Shown here: positions 1 to 12,615 of the stretch, piece by piece | Numbering within the stretch: the stretch's first letter is position 1 | Layout: each line of letters starts with the position of its first letter | NCBI RefSeq assembly: GCF_009914755.1 | Contig: NC_060947.1 | DNA length: 64,000 bases | DNA from: the human T2T-CHM13v2.0 reference genome, Homo sapiens | Direction: 5' to 3' (one strand) | Made by a program: the position numbers and the translations under genes | The notes under the pieces: model-generated | Told to the model about the DNA's origin: nothing | The model's database searches: none | What the model saw: the letters and a program-made list of their open reading frames with translations, nothing else

Positions 1-110
1 ATAATAAGTGCAATCGACACCCACAGTGTATACCTTTACAATTATTGGCTTCTAAGGCAATGCATACTACATGACATTACCTGGGCCAAGACATTTCTTA
101 AAAAAAAAAT

Positions 111-132
111 CACACACACACACACACACACA
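111..132. repeat. (CA)11 microsatellite
   Basis: Perfect CA dinucleotide run after an A-run. Confidence 0.95.
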
Positions 133-552
133 AAACAACCAGCTTGGGAATTCTTCCCTAACCTAATCTTAATATACTAACTGCAAGTTTTACATAACAC
201 TCAATGGAAGTGAACTCTACAGCAATTGCAATGCTGGCTACCCACAGTGAACAACTCATAGCTCGTGGTGTCACAGCACAGACAGTTCTTACAAGAAACA
301 TATTTGATCTCAGGGAGAAATCTAACTACTGTTTGCATGGGAGTTTCTCCACCCACATTGATAACTATTTGCTTATAGCTATTGTGAAATTTGTCCAAAA
401 CCACAGTTATTAAAAACTTAGAAACTATTTGAGGGCAGTTGTTGCCCAATGTTACTTTTCTGAGGGCTCCTTAAAAATCCATACACACTCCAAACCTACA
501 GAAGACATAAACGATAATGAGAAGACATGTAATGAAACTAACTTGGGAGGAA

Positions 553-805
553 TGTTTTCATCTTCATTAAAACATTTTTATGCCTTGTCATTTCTTTTTC
601 AACTTTTATTTTAGATTCATTGGGCACATGTGCAGGTTTGTTACCTGGGTATATTGCATGATGCTGAGGTTTGGGGTACAAATGATCCCATCACCCAGGT
701 ATTGAGCATAGTACCCAACAGTTTGTTTTTCAACCCTTGCTCCCCTCCCCCGTCCCCCTCTAGTAGTCTCCAGTGTCTCAGTAGACACTTTATGTCCATG
801 AGTAC
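553..805 (-). mobile_element. 5'-truncated L1 3' end (older L1PA, ~L1PA15/16-like)
   Basis: L1 3'UTR 'gcacatgtgcaggtttgttacctgggtatattgcatgatgctgagg...'. Direct repeat acttgggaggaa at 541-552 and 804-815. Confidence 0.85.
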
Positions 806-1007
806 TTGGGAGGAAATTTATTGGTGTAGTCACACTGCCACCTCCCAAGGGGCCACTCCTGAGGTTATTAAAGGTATACAAACCTCTTCCCTATGAAAGT
901 TTCCGCTAAAATGGAGTCCATAAAGCTTTTGGTCCCCCACTGAAACACAATAATGTTGCAATACAAGGGAACATAAAAGGGACCTATGCCTTGATACAAT
1001 TGATATC

Positions 1008-1315
1008 TTTTTTTTTTTTTTTTTTTGAGACAGAGTCTGGATCTGTCGCCCAGGCTGGAGTGCAGTAACGTGATCTCGGCTCACTGAAACCTCTGCCTCC
1101 TGGGTTCAAGTGATTCTCCTGCCTCAGCCCCCAAGTAGCTGGGACTACAGGAGCATGCCACCACACCCGGGTAATCTTTTTTTTTTTTTCGTATTTTTAG
1201 TAGAGACGGGGTTTCACCATATTGGCCAGGCTGGTCTGGAACTCCTGACCTCGTGATCTGCCCACTTCGGCCTCCCAAAGTGCTGGGATTTCAGGCATGA
1301 GCCACTGTGCCCAGC
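1008..1315 (-). mobile_element. Alu (AluS-like), full length
   Basis: PolyT tail, dimeric Alu body, flanking TSD tgatatct. Confidence 0.95.
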
Positions 1316-2743
1316 TGATATCTATTTTTTTAAAAAATACTTGGTTTACCTGTTTTGTTCACTCATATGCGAGTGCCTCATAATTCAGAATCTAATTTGG
1401 TGTGTGGCTAGACTAACAACGTTCTTCTTGGACTGCCAATAACACCTGCAAAACCTATCCCACACTCATGGGAACACATCAATGCTATTTATTATTGGCA
1501 ATCAACAGGAAACTCAAGCACAATGCACAACAGTCACAGCAAGGAGGAACATGCAATTGCCAACTACACCAAACGTGCCTATAGCCTTAGCCACAGCAAC
1601 ATATAAAATGGTAAATCTAACCTAATGCAGGGCTTGCTTCTGCCAACCTGATTTTAGAAAATATAGTGTAATACTTCTTCCCTGGCAACGCTGCATCATA
1701 TACCTCACTTATTTAGATGAGCCGATTCTCCTAACCGTTGACATTCAATAACCTTATCCAGAGACTTATCTCACGTAAATGTATAGACAATGGTGGGCTG
1801 AGCCCATGACAAATTTAGTTAACCCAGGTGCTGAATGCAAGGTGGATAACACAAGCTTGTTTGACTATACCATTTTCTGCTCCTATTAACACAACCTGGA
1901 ACTTCTGGAACTTCACAAAGCCATGTGAACTTCCCTTCAGTGGAACAGAGAATTCAGGCAGCAGAGGGAGCCTGGAGGTCCTGTAAAGGAATCAGATGGC
2001 TTCCCTATCACAATCTTCTCCTCATCCAACCCTGAAGAATATTTCCTGCACTTGGGATTGGTGCAAAATTCCAGTAGAATTTTATTCAACAGTGGAACCC
2101 CCTCCCTCAAGTACTTTCCGCCACCAAACCACACTAGATGTGACTCCCCAATGTCACAAATGAGCTTTCCAAATAGTTCCTCATGGTACTAACTTCCCTA
2201 GGATCACTAATTTTGGAGGCAGTAGGAACAGCATATGTGTGGAACAGCACACCACAATTAAGAGAAACACATAGCCATGTTGCAGGAATTACCCACAGAA
2301 ATTAGATAAACAGCCCAAGGACTGAAACTCTTTGCTGAATCTCACTGTACTTTAGTGGCCATGGTGTGAGATAACTGCATAGCCCTAGGTCAGGCTGCTG
2401 GAGGGGTCACAGGGCACAGGGGCTGTGTGCTTGCTAAAATTATCTTCCTGCATGTGCGTAGATAACACCAAGTTTTACAGATAGCTGGGGTCATGTACCA
2501 AAGGGGATATAAATGCCACTCTATTGACTAAACGGACTGGTCAAAACAAAATTGTCTCCTTTCAAATTTATTCTACTGGCTGCCCAAGTGGGCAGATTGG
2601 CTGAGAACTGGCTTTTAAAATCCTAATTTGTAGCCTTATAGCATTCTGGGTCTTGAGGATGCTTCATCGCTGGCTCCCAACTGAGACTCCATGAAATAGC
2701 ATACAACTTAGATTGTAAAACAACATGGGGCCAAGGCATGGAC

Positions 2744-3299
2744 TGTTAAATAAGTGGATTAATATCTTTAGATGGTGCCTTGTATCTTGTTCCCTATATT
2801 CAGAGACAGCTAAGACCATTAGCTCAAAGCTCATTGGAACTAAAATCAAATGTTTACACACCCAATTGCTTTAAATATGGCCCCCAGTAAGCACATTTTT
2901 GGCCCTTTAGAACCCACCCACATTGCACCCTCTGTAAAACCAGACACACCATCTGCTAGCCGTAGATAGGACATACTCTGGGGCTGGACAAAAGCCCCAA
3001 GCCTCTGATGCCCATGGGAACTCTCTGACACAGAGACTCCACACCTGGCTGCTGAGTAACATCCCATAGACACATGAGCCTCCTGTCCAATTCTTCTCTC
3101 CTTTGGAAGTTGCCTTGAACTCTTCCTCTTCTGGGTGGTGGCCTCTTGCTGCTGCCTCTGGAAGGTCTCCTGCTGTGAGGGAAGTTCCACTCTCCTGAAA
3201 CCTTTCAAAGGGCCAACCAAATAAAGCATGTTGTGTGCTACTGCCATCTAATGGTCATGACTTTTTCCTTGCTCAGCCCTGATATCCAGAAAATCAACA
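2744..3299 (+). mobile_element. ERVL-class 3' LTR (MER74/MER73-like)
   Basis: Starts TG right after the PPT, has AATAAA near 3219 and ends ...aaca. The U5 'gtgtgctactgccatctaatggtcatg...ccttgctcagccc' resembles the MER74-group LTRs as recalled. Confidence 0.6.
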
Positions 3300-3360
3300 C
3301 ACATACTTAATGGCAAACTTTGTCAGAAGCCAAGATAGTGGAGAAACAATGGTCAGATAT

Positions 3361-3629
3361 TGTTGAGATAATTGTCCATGGCCTTTCTACATTTATTGTA
3401 ACAGCTTTTGTCTCTAACTATAGTTTGAAGAATACTTGTATGTCAACATTTGACTGGCTGCTCCTCATTTCTCCTGTGTGATTTGGGGCAGAGGGCAAGG
3501 GGAATTAATGCAAACATGAACCAAAACAAACTCTGACCCAAGAATCTCATATATTCTGCCAACATCTGTGAAACTGAGGTATGCTAGTTTGTGAGCTTGC
3601 AAGTAGGGTACAGTCTCAAACTCTTCACA
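3361..3629 (+). mobile_element. ERVL-class 5' LTR, LTR40-like (internally deleted)
   Basis: TG...CA termini. The 3' end 'agcttgcaagtagggtacagtctcaaactcttcaca' matches the recalled LTR40 terminus and is followed by ERV-like internal sequence. Confidence 0.6.
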
Positions 3630-5571
3630 TTTCTTGCCAATTTTGGTAATGAAGATGAAACATAGCATTCTGGAAAGTGATAAAACAAGGGTGCTTCACT
3701 GGCCTGGTTAGGGGATATGAGAAGACTCCTCGGGATTGGAGAGCAAATGCTTTTTCCCGAATGGATTGGCACTAAGTGCATTAAAGGCCCTTCCCCACTC
3801 ACTCTCCTACCTATTAATGAAGCTGAGGGGCAGGATGCAGAATTAAACCAAGCTGTTTGAATCATGGTTTGGTTGTTGTTCACTCTCCTCTGCATGGGAG
3901 GAAGAAGGGATGATGTCATGGTGCTGAGTCAATGACTTGCCAAACCTGAATAAGTGGCGTCAGCAGTGAAGATATAGAGTTTTCAGTGGAAAAAAAACCA
4001 TCTGAAGTTTGTTTGGTTGAACCACACTGCTGGCTACTGGAAACCAAATGCAAACATGCCTTGCTTACTAGTATAGACAGAGTCTTTTCTCTCTCTCTCT
4101 CTGCATTTCCTAACTCCTGGTTCTCTTCCTTTTCTCACTTCAGGTGCTATAAGAAGAAAGATGATTAGTGGTGAGCCAGAAGTCTCTCTGTCCTCAAGAC
4201 AGACTAAAAGGCATATGCATGGTAGGGTACTTCAGGAAAGGGACGGACTCACATGTTCACAGAACTGTTACATATAATCTCCCATGACACTATCTTATCT
4301 GATTTTCTGGGGAGTGGAGGGAAGGGGTAATAGGTATGAGGTAGATGAAAGCACCAAGACTGTGGAGCAGAGCTGCTGGGGAAATCAAGGGACAGAATGG
4401 AAGAATCCCTGAGCCCTTACAGTTCTGCACAAATGGAGGTACACAGGAGAGGATTTAGCATACAAGCTGGGGCAAAGAGCCAGAGGGATTACAAAAAAGG
4501 CTTACAGTCCCCACCCCTCGCCTCATCCCAAGACTCCCCTGCAATCCCTACATTCTGGCCTGGACATAGGGAAATCCCCTAACAGCTCTTGCTGTAACCC
4601 CTGAAATTCCTGTAGTGAACTCTAGGTCTGAGTTCATTTAAGGGAAAAAAGTCCAGAAAAGCAATTGTTGGGGTTTGGGCATGGTTCACAGTGGGGTTTG
4701 GAAGCCAATATGACTTTGTACAGGGACGCCTTTGGGAAAGTTGAATAAACTGTTCTTGTTGCTTCTACTTATAAATGGCAGGATTTGATGGGTCATATGC
4801 TTGTAATTTCTCATTCTACAGGTCTCATATAAAGTCATCCCCATCACAGAGAGACAGAGGTAGAGGGAAGTGTTAGTGGAACAAACTCCAATGAGATTTG
4901 TCAGCAGTGGTTGGCTCAGGATTTAGCATTAGTGTCTCTACCTTCTAATGTTCAATATTTTCACTATATACATAATAATTGTGTCAGCTGGCCGGCTAGA
5001 AGTCTCAGTCTCAAGGGTCCTCAATGCAGTGTTATTACATATCTGTCAGCAAGGGTGGCTGATTTATGCTCCCAAATACAGGGGCCTGCTTGCCAAGTAA
5101 TCTCTTGGGACTAAGCAGGCAAATTCACAACATTAGATCCCTCTAACAGGAAAAAATTGACGTCTCTTCATACAACCTGCCACCGAAAAAGAGGCTCAGA
5201 ACCTCAATCAACTCCTTGAATATTACATACAGGACAAATCTGTGTAACTGATGATTTTGCCGATGGGGGCACCTGGCAAGGGGAAGCAGTCAACACCCAG
5301 AGAGATCCCTTGGGGAACTGGACTTGTTGCCTCCCTGATATGGCTACAGGGTACATCCCTTTTGAAAAGCAGCTAATGGCTTGCAATTGGGATTCTGTCA
5401 AAACTGAACAATCGATTCATGGAGAATTTGTTACCATCTGGCTCGATATTTCCATCTTTGAGTTGGTCAACTCAGACTCAATGACTAGCAGGTAGGAAGG
5501 GGTCAATAAGCTTGGCTTATGAAATGGAAACGGTAAAATCAAGAACAGTCATCTGATCCCACAGACATTTC
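3630..5571 (+). mobile_element. ERVL-class internal gag/pol remnant (HERVL40-like), part 1
   Basis: 5310-5560 gives pol tether-like peptides 'LPDMATGYIPFEKQLMACNW' and 'KWKR*NQEQSSDPT', similar to ERVL 'YSPFEKQLLACYW...KWKWYIRD'. Confidence 0.65.
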
Positions 5572-8508
5572 TTTTTTATTATATTTATTTTCTTCATGTT
5601 TGAGAAATATTTTTTGTCAAGATGTCCCAGAAGGCAACATTTTAAAATTGGGCAATCAATAATACAAAATTTCAGATAAACTTGCCTTTCCAAATAAATC
5701 AGACCCTTGAAACAGAAGAAGCACCCAAGGGTTTCTTTTTTTTCTTTTACAAAACAGTTAACTCCACTTTGCAAAATGCGTACAAAAATACAATATATTA
5801 AAAAGACTGCCCCAACATAATACCCAACAGCAGCTTATAAAACCAAGCTATTCATGTAGGACATTAGTAACCTACACCTGGCCTGTTCTCCCTCCATAGA
5901 CAGTTCCAGAAGTCAGTTGGTTCCTGTAAACTACCATGCTCCTGAAGGGTAGAGAGGCTATTTCAAAACATCCTCTGGGATTCTCTGAGGCCACGAAGCA
6001 ACCTCAGAAAGAAACCATTATGGAAAATAGATTTGAATGTAGCAGCTGGTTTTCCAGAGCCACAGATAGTACTTATCACCCCCCATCCCTTTCCAAATTC
6101 AGAACCATCAAGCACCTGCTATTTTGGGCAGAGTTCTGGAGGGGCTTGTCCTTTTTCCAGGACAGGGTTAGGGGTTCCTGAGGTTACCCACATGACAACT
6201 GCTGGGCTGGATGTCTTTCCCGGAATGGAGGCTGTACCTGGATTCTCCTTGGACATGCAGAGTCCAGCTGGGGCAAAAATCCATCATGATTGGCTAAGCA
6301 GAGCTCCTGCAGGCTCCTTTAAAACATACCAGGAAGCAAGTCCACCTTCTGGAAAAGAAATATGACTCATGGCAGGCTGGTAGGGAGCCAAGTATGCTGC
6401 AGACCCCACAAGTTCCTTGGAGATGCCCAAGGTGGACGTGTTTGCATGGTTCCGGTAGAATTTCACACTCATCAGTCAAAGATTGAGATGAGAGCTTCAT
6501 GGAAAAGAGGAAGCGGTACAGTTCTCCCTTCTGAGGTGACTTACATCTGCCTTGAGAAGAGATTATAAGATGGGTGGCCTCAAGTGCCACTCGGACAGGG
6601 AACAAGTTCAGGAGCCAGGACTCCAAGATTTCCTCAGGCCCCAGGCTAGGATCCCCACTTCCCTGTAACTTGGGGAAACATTTCTAACCTGTGGGAAAGG
6701 ATGCTGTAAAGCCCATTGCACAACAAAGGCAAAATGAAACAAAAGTCTCTCATGAGGACAGAAAGGTCCCTTCATCAGAGAAGGCCCAGAGAGCTCTGAG
6801 ACAACGAACCTAGAGTGCAAGCTCTTTAAATGTTCTCAGGGTCTCAGCATTGAAACTGGAAGGAGAGGTGTCAGCTAATATCACAATATATACGTTAAAG
6901 GTTTCCAACTCCTCAGATACTGTAAAGTGTCTGACAGTGAAGCAATGGTCATGTTGATCAAATCTTCAAGCTTGTCATCACCCAAGACAGCTTGTGTGTC
7001 TCCTGGAAAAAAAAGCCACAGCGAGAGTGCTGTCCAGGCCCAGCTGTCCTTGCATGACCCCAGACATACCAGGGAGCATTCTAGCATCACCCCAGAGATA
7101 CCAGGGAGCATTCTTTCCTAGTCTAAGGCTCACGCGGAGTGTGAGATTTCATGCAGGCTGGAGTCCCCGACAACATACACCACCTGTTGCATAGTATCTG
7201 TCAGCCTTTTCTTCGGAGCTAGTGAGGTAAACAGACCCCAAATCTCCTCAGTCAGCTATCTGCTGAGAAGCCAAAGGCGCCAGAGAAGACACAGCATGAG
7301 TCAGGGGAGAGAAAGAGCTGGGTTTCAAGGTTTCCAAGAATGCAAGCCCTTATTCTGTGTGTACTGGCTGCAATGCATTCTGGGACCTACTGCAAAGACT
7401 GTCCCGTCATAACCAAAATGTGAAAATTACTAAAGGGGAAGGGGAGGTCAAAAAATAAACTTGTGTCTTTGTAAGATAGAACAGTCAGGCTTTTTGGTCA
7501 GTTAGTAGCCACTGAGGTACGCAATTCATTTCTGCAATTGCTGTTGCTGGCGTTGGAGCTGCGTTTTCTCCATAGACATCTTTTTCTCGGTTCACGCCAG
7601 GTCTTGCAAGTATCCCAAGGCCTTGCTTAGGATCACTACCGTGGGGACCTTAGAGCAGCTGGCCAAGGTGGGTACCTGGTCCCTCAGGGCCAAGAACTGA
7701 GAACGCGCAGGTCATTCCACCTCTTGTGCTGCAGGAAGCTGTGGCCCTTCCTCTTGGTCACATCCTCAGTGTCAGAACTGGCAGCACTGGGCAGCCTTGC
7801 TTTCTATAGGTGAGGGGCTCACAATCCCCTCATCCTCCTCATCTTCCGTTTCCCCTGGAGCATCTCCCTCCAGAACCTCTTCTTGGAGACCTCTCTCTGG
7901 AGCCTCTTCTTGGGAGCAGCTTTCTGGAGAAATATGGGCAGCGCAGTTGTGTTGTTGCTGGTGGATGGAGGTATGGAAGTGTTTCATGCAGGGGTTCAGA
8001 CGGTCTACTCGAACCATGATGGTGATCGACTTCTGTAAACCCAATCTGCCTTTTCTTTGCTGTCACAAGGTCAATTTCCTCACCCTCTGAGTTGTTTGGG
8101 TTCTCAAATCTGGAGCAGGCCTGAGTCTTGGCCTTGCCCAGAGTCCAGGGAGCAGTGGGCGCTGGATTGCCGTCTTCGAGGCTGGGAGGGCAGTCTGGGG
8201 AGGAGGGCACCTTGGGCGGGTTCCCCCAGGGCGCGCCAGTGGCGAGCCAGTCGCTCCCCGCTCTCTACAGCTGTTCCCAGGCCAAATAGCTGCTCCACAT
8301 GCAGTCACGATGGACAATGGATGCATGGTTCCTGCCCCAAGCTCTCGAGTGGCCCCGAGATTCCGTCTCATCCCCGGCGCACTCTCCGGATCACGGCTCT
8401 GTGCGATCAATCCCAGGGTCTGGGTCCCTGGCGCTGGGATCCTAGTCTCAGGGCGGAAATGCGGGGGTGGGTTGGTGGGTGGGCGATGGCATCAACTCGA
8501 ATTTCTTC
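5572..8508 (-). pseudogene. MYCLP2: Processed MYCL (L-Myc) pseudogene, 5'-truncated; CDS remnant 7502-8508 plus ~1.9 kb 3'UTR
   Basis: Minus-strand peptides KKFELMPSP, PDCPPSLEDGNPAP, NSEGEEIDLVT, CMKHFHTSIHQQQHNCAA and bHLH-Zip LALRDQVPTLASCSKVP...IAYLSGY* (stop at 7502-7504). No intron at the exon 2/3 junction (~8085). Several frameshifts. AATAAA and A-rich tail at 5572-5589. Parent MYCL is certain; the pseudogene number is from recollection only. Confidence 0.93.
7052..7114. repeat. Tandem duplication, 2 x ~32 bp, in the MYCL retrocopy 3'UTR
   Basis: gcatgaccccagacataccagggagcattct followed by a + gcatcaccccagagataccagggagcattct. Confidence 0.85.
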
Positions 8509-9712
8509 TGCATCTCTGCTTTATATGTAAGAGTGGCAACTGTCTCTCTGGGGGAAACTTAACCTTTTATTCTCCTGCTTGAAACAACACTACTAGTTCA
8601 ATTGGACCCTGTTTACAGAGGTTTCCCCAAATATCTGGGCTTGCCTCAGTGAAGGATTGGCTAAGCTGAAAACTGATGGTGTTCACTGGCTCCTGTGTCT
8701 GTTCAGCCTCTGAACCAGCTATGCAGAAATAAAAAGAGGACTTGGTTTCTCTGCTCAATGGTCAGAACCCAATTCTTGGGACACTACCAATGGTCCAGCC
8801 TTTTGGTATGCCACTTGGAAAACTAGTCTGTCAGATTAAAGACTTCTTTGGGACCGCATGTGGAAACAAATCTTGACTACTTACTGAACTGCCTGGATTC
8901 CTCATATACAGACCCATGGCAAGGGCTCATTCTCTGATGAGACTAACTAATCAAGGGGATGATTGGGCCTGACTTTATATATCTAATGCAGAATCTCCTG
9001 CTGCATGCCAGATCTGTGACTCCTGACAAAAGCTGACACATGTGTTTCATGGCGTGGAGACGTCATTACATAAGTTGTGGCAACCTCTCAACTCTGATGG
9101 ATCTGACTGTTGACTCTCCTCTTGGGGCTTTTGAATATGCCTCACCACTGTTGAGCTTTTTTCAGATTACAATGTTGCTATTCCAGTCTGATCAAGCACA
9201 CTATTGTGCCCCTTAAAAACAATCCATGCTATGTTTTTGCATTAGAGAATATTTTTATTCTGCCAATGGTGTATTTTATTGCAAAAGCCACTCAGTAATG
9301 ACCTAATAATAAAGACGGACCATCGATGAATCTTACTGTCCATGGGCATCTAATATTACTGAGCAATAGCATGGTGGCCTTCTCATAATTGATTCAAAAA
9401 TATCACTGACTCTACTTTCCTCACCATCTCTTGATCCACACACATTAGTAAGGAAGTTTGTTTACTGAATGTTGCTGTTCTTAGAAAAGGATCATCTCCT
9501 CTAGACTGCTTCCTGGGTAGGGACCAGGATGAAAGGAATACAGAGACTTTATTGGAAAATTTAGGATTCCTTCCAGATCTGTTCATTCCAAGTCCAGATG
9601 TTTCTTTCTTTCCTCTAACAGCAGCCCCAGGCCAGCCTGGTTGGTATACACTGTAGGGCTGACCAAAACTGGGAATAGGAGATTCAAACTTGCTGGTTGA
9701 AGTTTTAAAATT
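8509..9712 (+). mobile_element. ERVL-class pol remnant (RNase H/integrase), part 2
   Basis: Resumes the pol reading broken by the MYCL copy ('ISALYVRVA'). RNaseH-like 'IWACLSEGLAKLKTDGVHW' at ~8630-8690 and integrase zinc-finger-like 'ACQICDS*QK' at ~9003-9032. Confidence 0.6.
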
Positions 9713-10206
9713 TTTATAAAATACATTTTATTTTGTTTTAAATTGATGTATAATTGTACATATTAATGGGATACAGTGTGATGTTTTGATACATATATAT
9801 TGTGTAATGATCAAATCAGCATAATTAGCATATGTCTATCACCTGAAACATTTGTCATTTCTTGGTGGTGAGAACGTCCAAAATCCTCTCGTCTAACTAT
9901 TTTAAAGTACACAATACATTATTGTTGACTACACTCAACCTACTGTGCAGTCGATTATCAGAAATTATTTGTCCTATATAAGTGTAACTTTGTAGCTGTT
10001 GAGCAACCTGTTCCCCTCCCCCTCGCAACTACTCTCCTCAGTTTCCGATAGCCACTACTAAACTCTCTTTGAGGTCAACTTTTTTAGATGCCACATATGC
10101 CTGAGATCATGTGGTAGTTCTCGTTCTGTGCTTGGTTTATTTCACTTAACATAAAGTCCTCTAGGTTTGTCCACATTGTTGCAAATGACAGGGTTTCATT
10201 CTTTTT

Positions 10207-11158
10207 GTTGTTGTTGTTTTGTTTTATTTTGTTTTTATTATAGCATTGCTTTCTTTTGGGCATACTTTATCATCTTCCTAGAGTTCTTATCCTATTATAG
10301 TCCTTAATCATTTTTACTTTTTTATTATTATTATTATACTTTTAGTTTTAGGGTACATGTGCACAATGTGCAGGTTAGTTACATATGTATACATGTGCCA
10401 TGCTGGTGTGCTGCACCCATTAACTTGTCATTTAGCATTAGGTATATCTCCTAAAGCTATCCCTCCCCCCTCCCCCCACCCCACAACAGTCCCCAGAGTG
10501 TGATGTTCTCCTTCCTGTGTCCATGTGTTCTCATTGTTCAATTCCCACCTATGAGTGAGAACATGTGGTGTTTGGTTTTTTGTTCTTGCGATAGTTTACT
10601 GAGAATGATGACTTCCAATTTCATCCATGTCCCTCCAAAGACATGAACTCATCATTTTTTATGGCTGCATAGTACTCCATGGTGTATATGTGTCACATTT
10701 TCTTAATCCGGTCTATCATTGTTGGACATTTGGGTTGGTTCCAAGTCTTTGCTATTGTGAATAGTGCCGCAATAAACATACGTGTGCATGTGTCTTTATA
10801 GCAGCATGATTTATAGTCCTTTGGGTATATACCCAGTAATGGGATGGCTGTGTCAAATGGTATTTCTAGTTCTAGATCCCTGAGGAATCGCCACACTGAC
10901 TTCCACAATGGTTGAACTAGTTTACAGTCCCTCCAACAGTGTAAAAGTGTTCCTATTTCTCCACATCCTCTCCAGCACCTGTTGTTTCCTGACTTTTTAA
11001 TGATTGCCATTCTAACTGGTGTGAGATGGTATCTCATTGTGGTTTTGATTTGCATTTCTCTGATGGCCAGTGATGGTGAGCATTTTTTCATGTGTTTTTT
11101 GGCTGCATAAATGTCTTCTTTTGAGAAGTGTCTGTTCATGTCCTTCACCCACTTTTTG
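10207..11158 (-). mobile_element. Young 5'-truncated L1 (L1PA2/3-like) with 3' transduction
   Basis: Near-consensus ORF2 C-terminus (ORF 10693-11148) and 3'UTR. Exact 17-bp TSD agggtttcattcttttt at 10190-10206 and 11159-11175. Confidence 0.93.
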
Positions 11159-11395
11159 AGGGTTTCATTCTTTTTTAAAGATTGAATAGCATTCCATTGT
11201 GTATATATACCATATTTTCATTCCTGTTTCATCTGTTGATGAGCACTTAAGTTGATTCCATATTTTGGCTATTGCAAATAGTGTTGCAATAAACATGGGG
11301 ATCTGAACTCTTTGATATGTTGATTTCATTTTTGGGGGGGAGGGGGATCCAGCAGTGGGATTGCTGGATAATATAGTAGTACACCAAGTGTATAG

Positions 11396-11762
<367 letters not shown>

Positions 11763-12615
11763 ATTTTCTTGTCTTTTTATTTTATTTTTTTAAATAATAA
11801 CTATTCTAACTGGGATGAGTGGATAGCTCACTGTGGTGTTGATTTGCATTTCCCTGGTTCTTAGTGATGTTGAGCCTTTTTTCATATACTTGCTGCCCAT
11901 TTGTGTGACTCCTTTTAAGAAATATCTATTCGAATCCTTTGCCCAAGTTTTGATTGGATTATTTGTGTGTTTCCTATTGAGTTGCTTGCATTGATTACAT
12001 AGTTTCATATTAACCTCTTGTCAGATGCATAGTATGTGAATATTTCTTCATTCTGTAGGTCATTTCTTCATTCTGTTGTTTCCTTTAAGATGTAAAAGCT
12101 TTTTGGCTTGATATTATCCCATTCATCTATTTTAGCTTTGGTTGTTTGTGCTTTTGAGGTCTTATTTGAAAAATTCTTTCCCAGACCAATATCATGAATT
12201 GTTTCCCCTGTGTTTTCTTCAAGGATCTTCTTAGTTTCATGTTTTATATTCAAGTCTTTAATCCATTTTGAGTTGATTTTTATATGTTGGGAGAGAGAAG
12301 CACCTAGTTTCTTTCTTCTGCTTGTGGATATTCAGTTTATCCAGCACCATTTATTGCAGAGACTTTCCATTCCCCAATGTGTTTTCTTGGTACATATGTC
12401 AAAAACTAGTTGGCTATAATTGTATGGATTCATTTTTGGGGTCTCTATTCTCCTCCATCAGTCTATGGATCTGTTTTCATGTTAGTACTATGCTATTTTG
12501 TTTACTATTGCTTTGTAGAAAATTTAAAAGCCAGGTAGTGTAATGCATCTAGCTTTGTTCTTTGTGCTCCAGATTGCTTTGGCTGTTTGGAATCATGTGG
12601 TTCTGTGCAAATTTA

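Larger units (their letters stand above)
1..2743 (+). mobile_element. Degenerate ERV internal region (class III/ERVL-like) with env transmembrane remnant; interrupted by an L1 fragment and an Alu
   Basis: 2310-2470 reads, with frameshifts, TAQGLKLFAESHCTLVAMV*DNCIAL...GCVLAK/LSSCMCVDNT. This is heptad + immunosuppressive-domain-like (DNRIALD) + degenerate CX6CC. The region ends in an ERVL-type PPT 'ggggccaaggcatggac' just before an LTR TG. The 5' extent is uncertain. Confidence 0.55.

Noticed and set aside
3238-3258. CTCF-like motif in the LTR U5 (ctgccatctaatggtca)
   Set aside because: Mismatch in the core; binding cannot be supported from sequence alone.
8057-8530. 157-aa plus-strand ORF over the MYCL copy
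   Set aside because: Antisense to GC-rich MYCL exon 2 sequence; stop-poor by composition.
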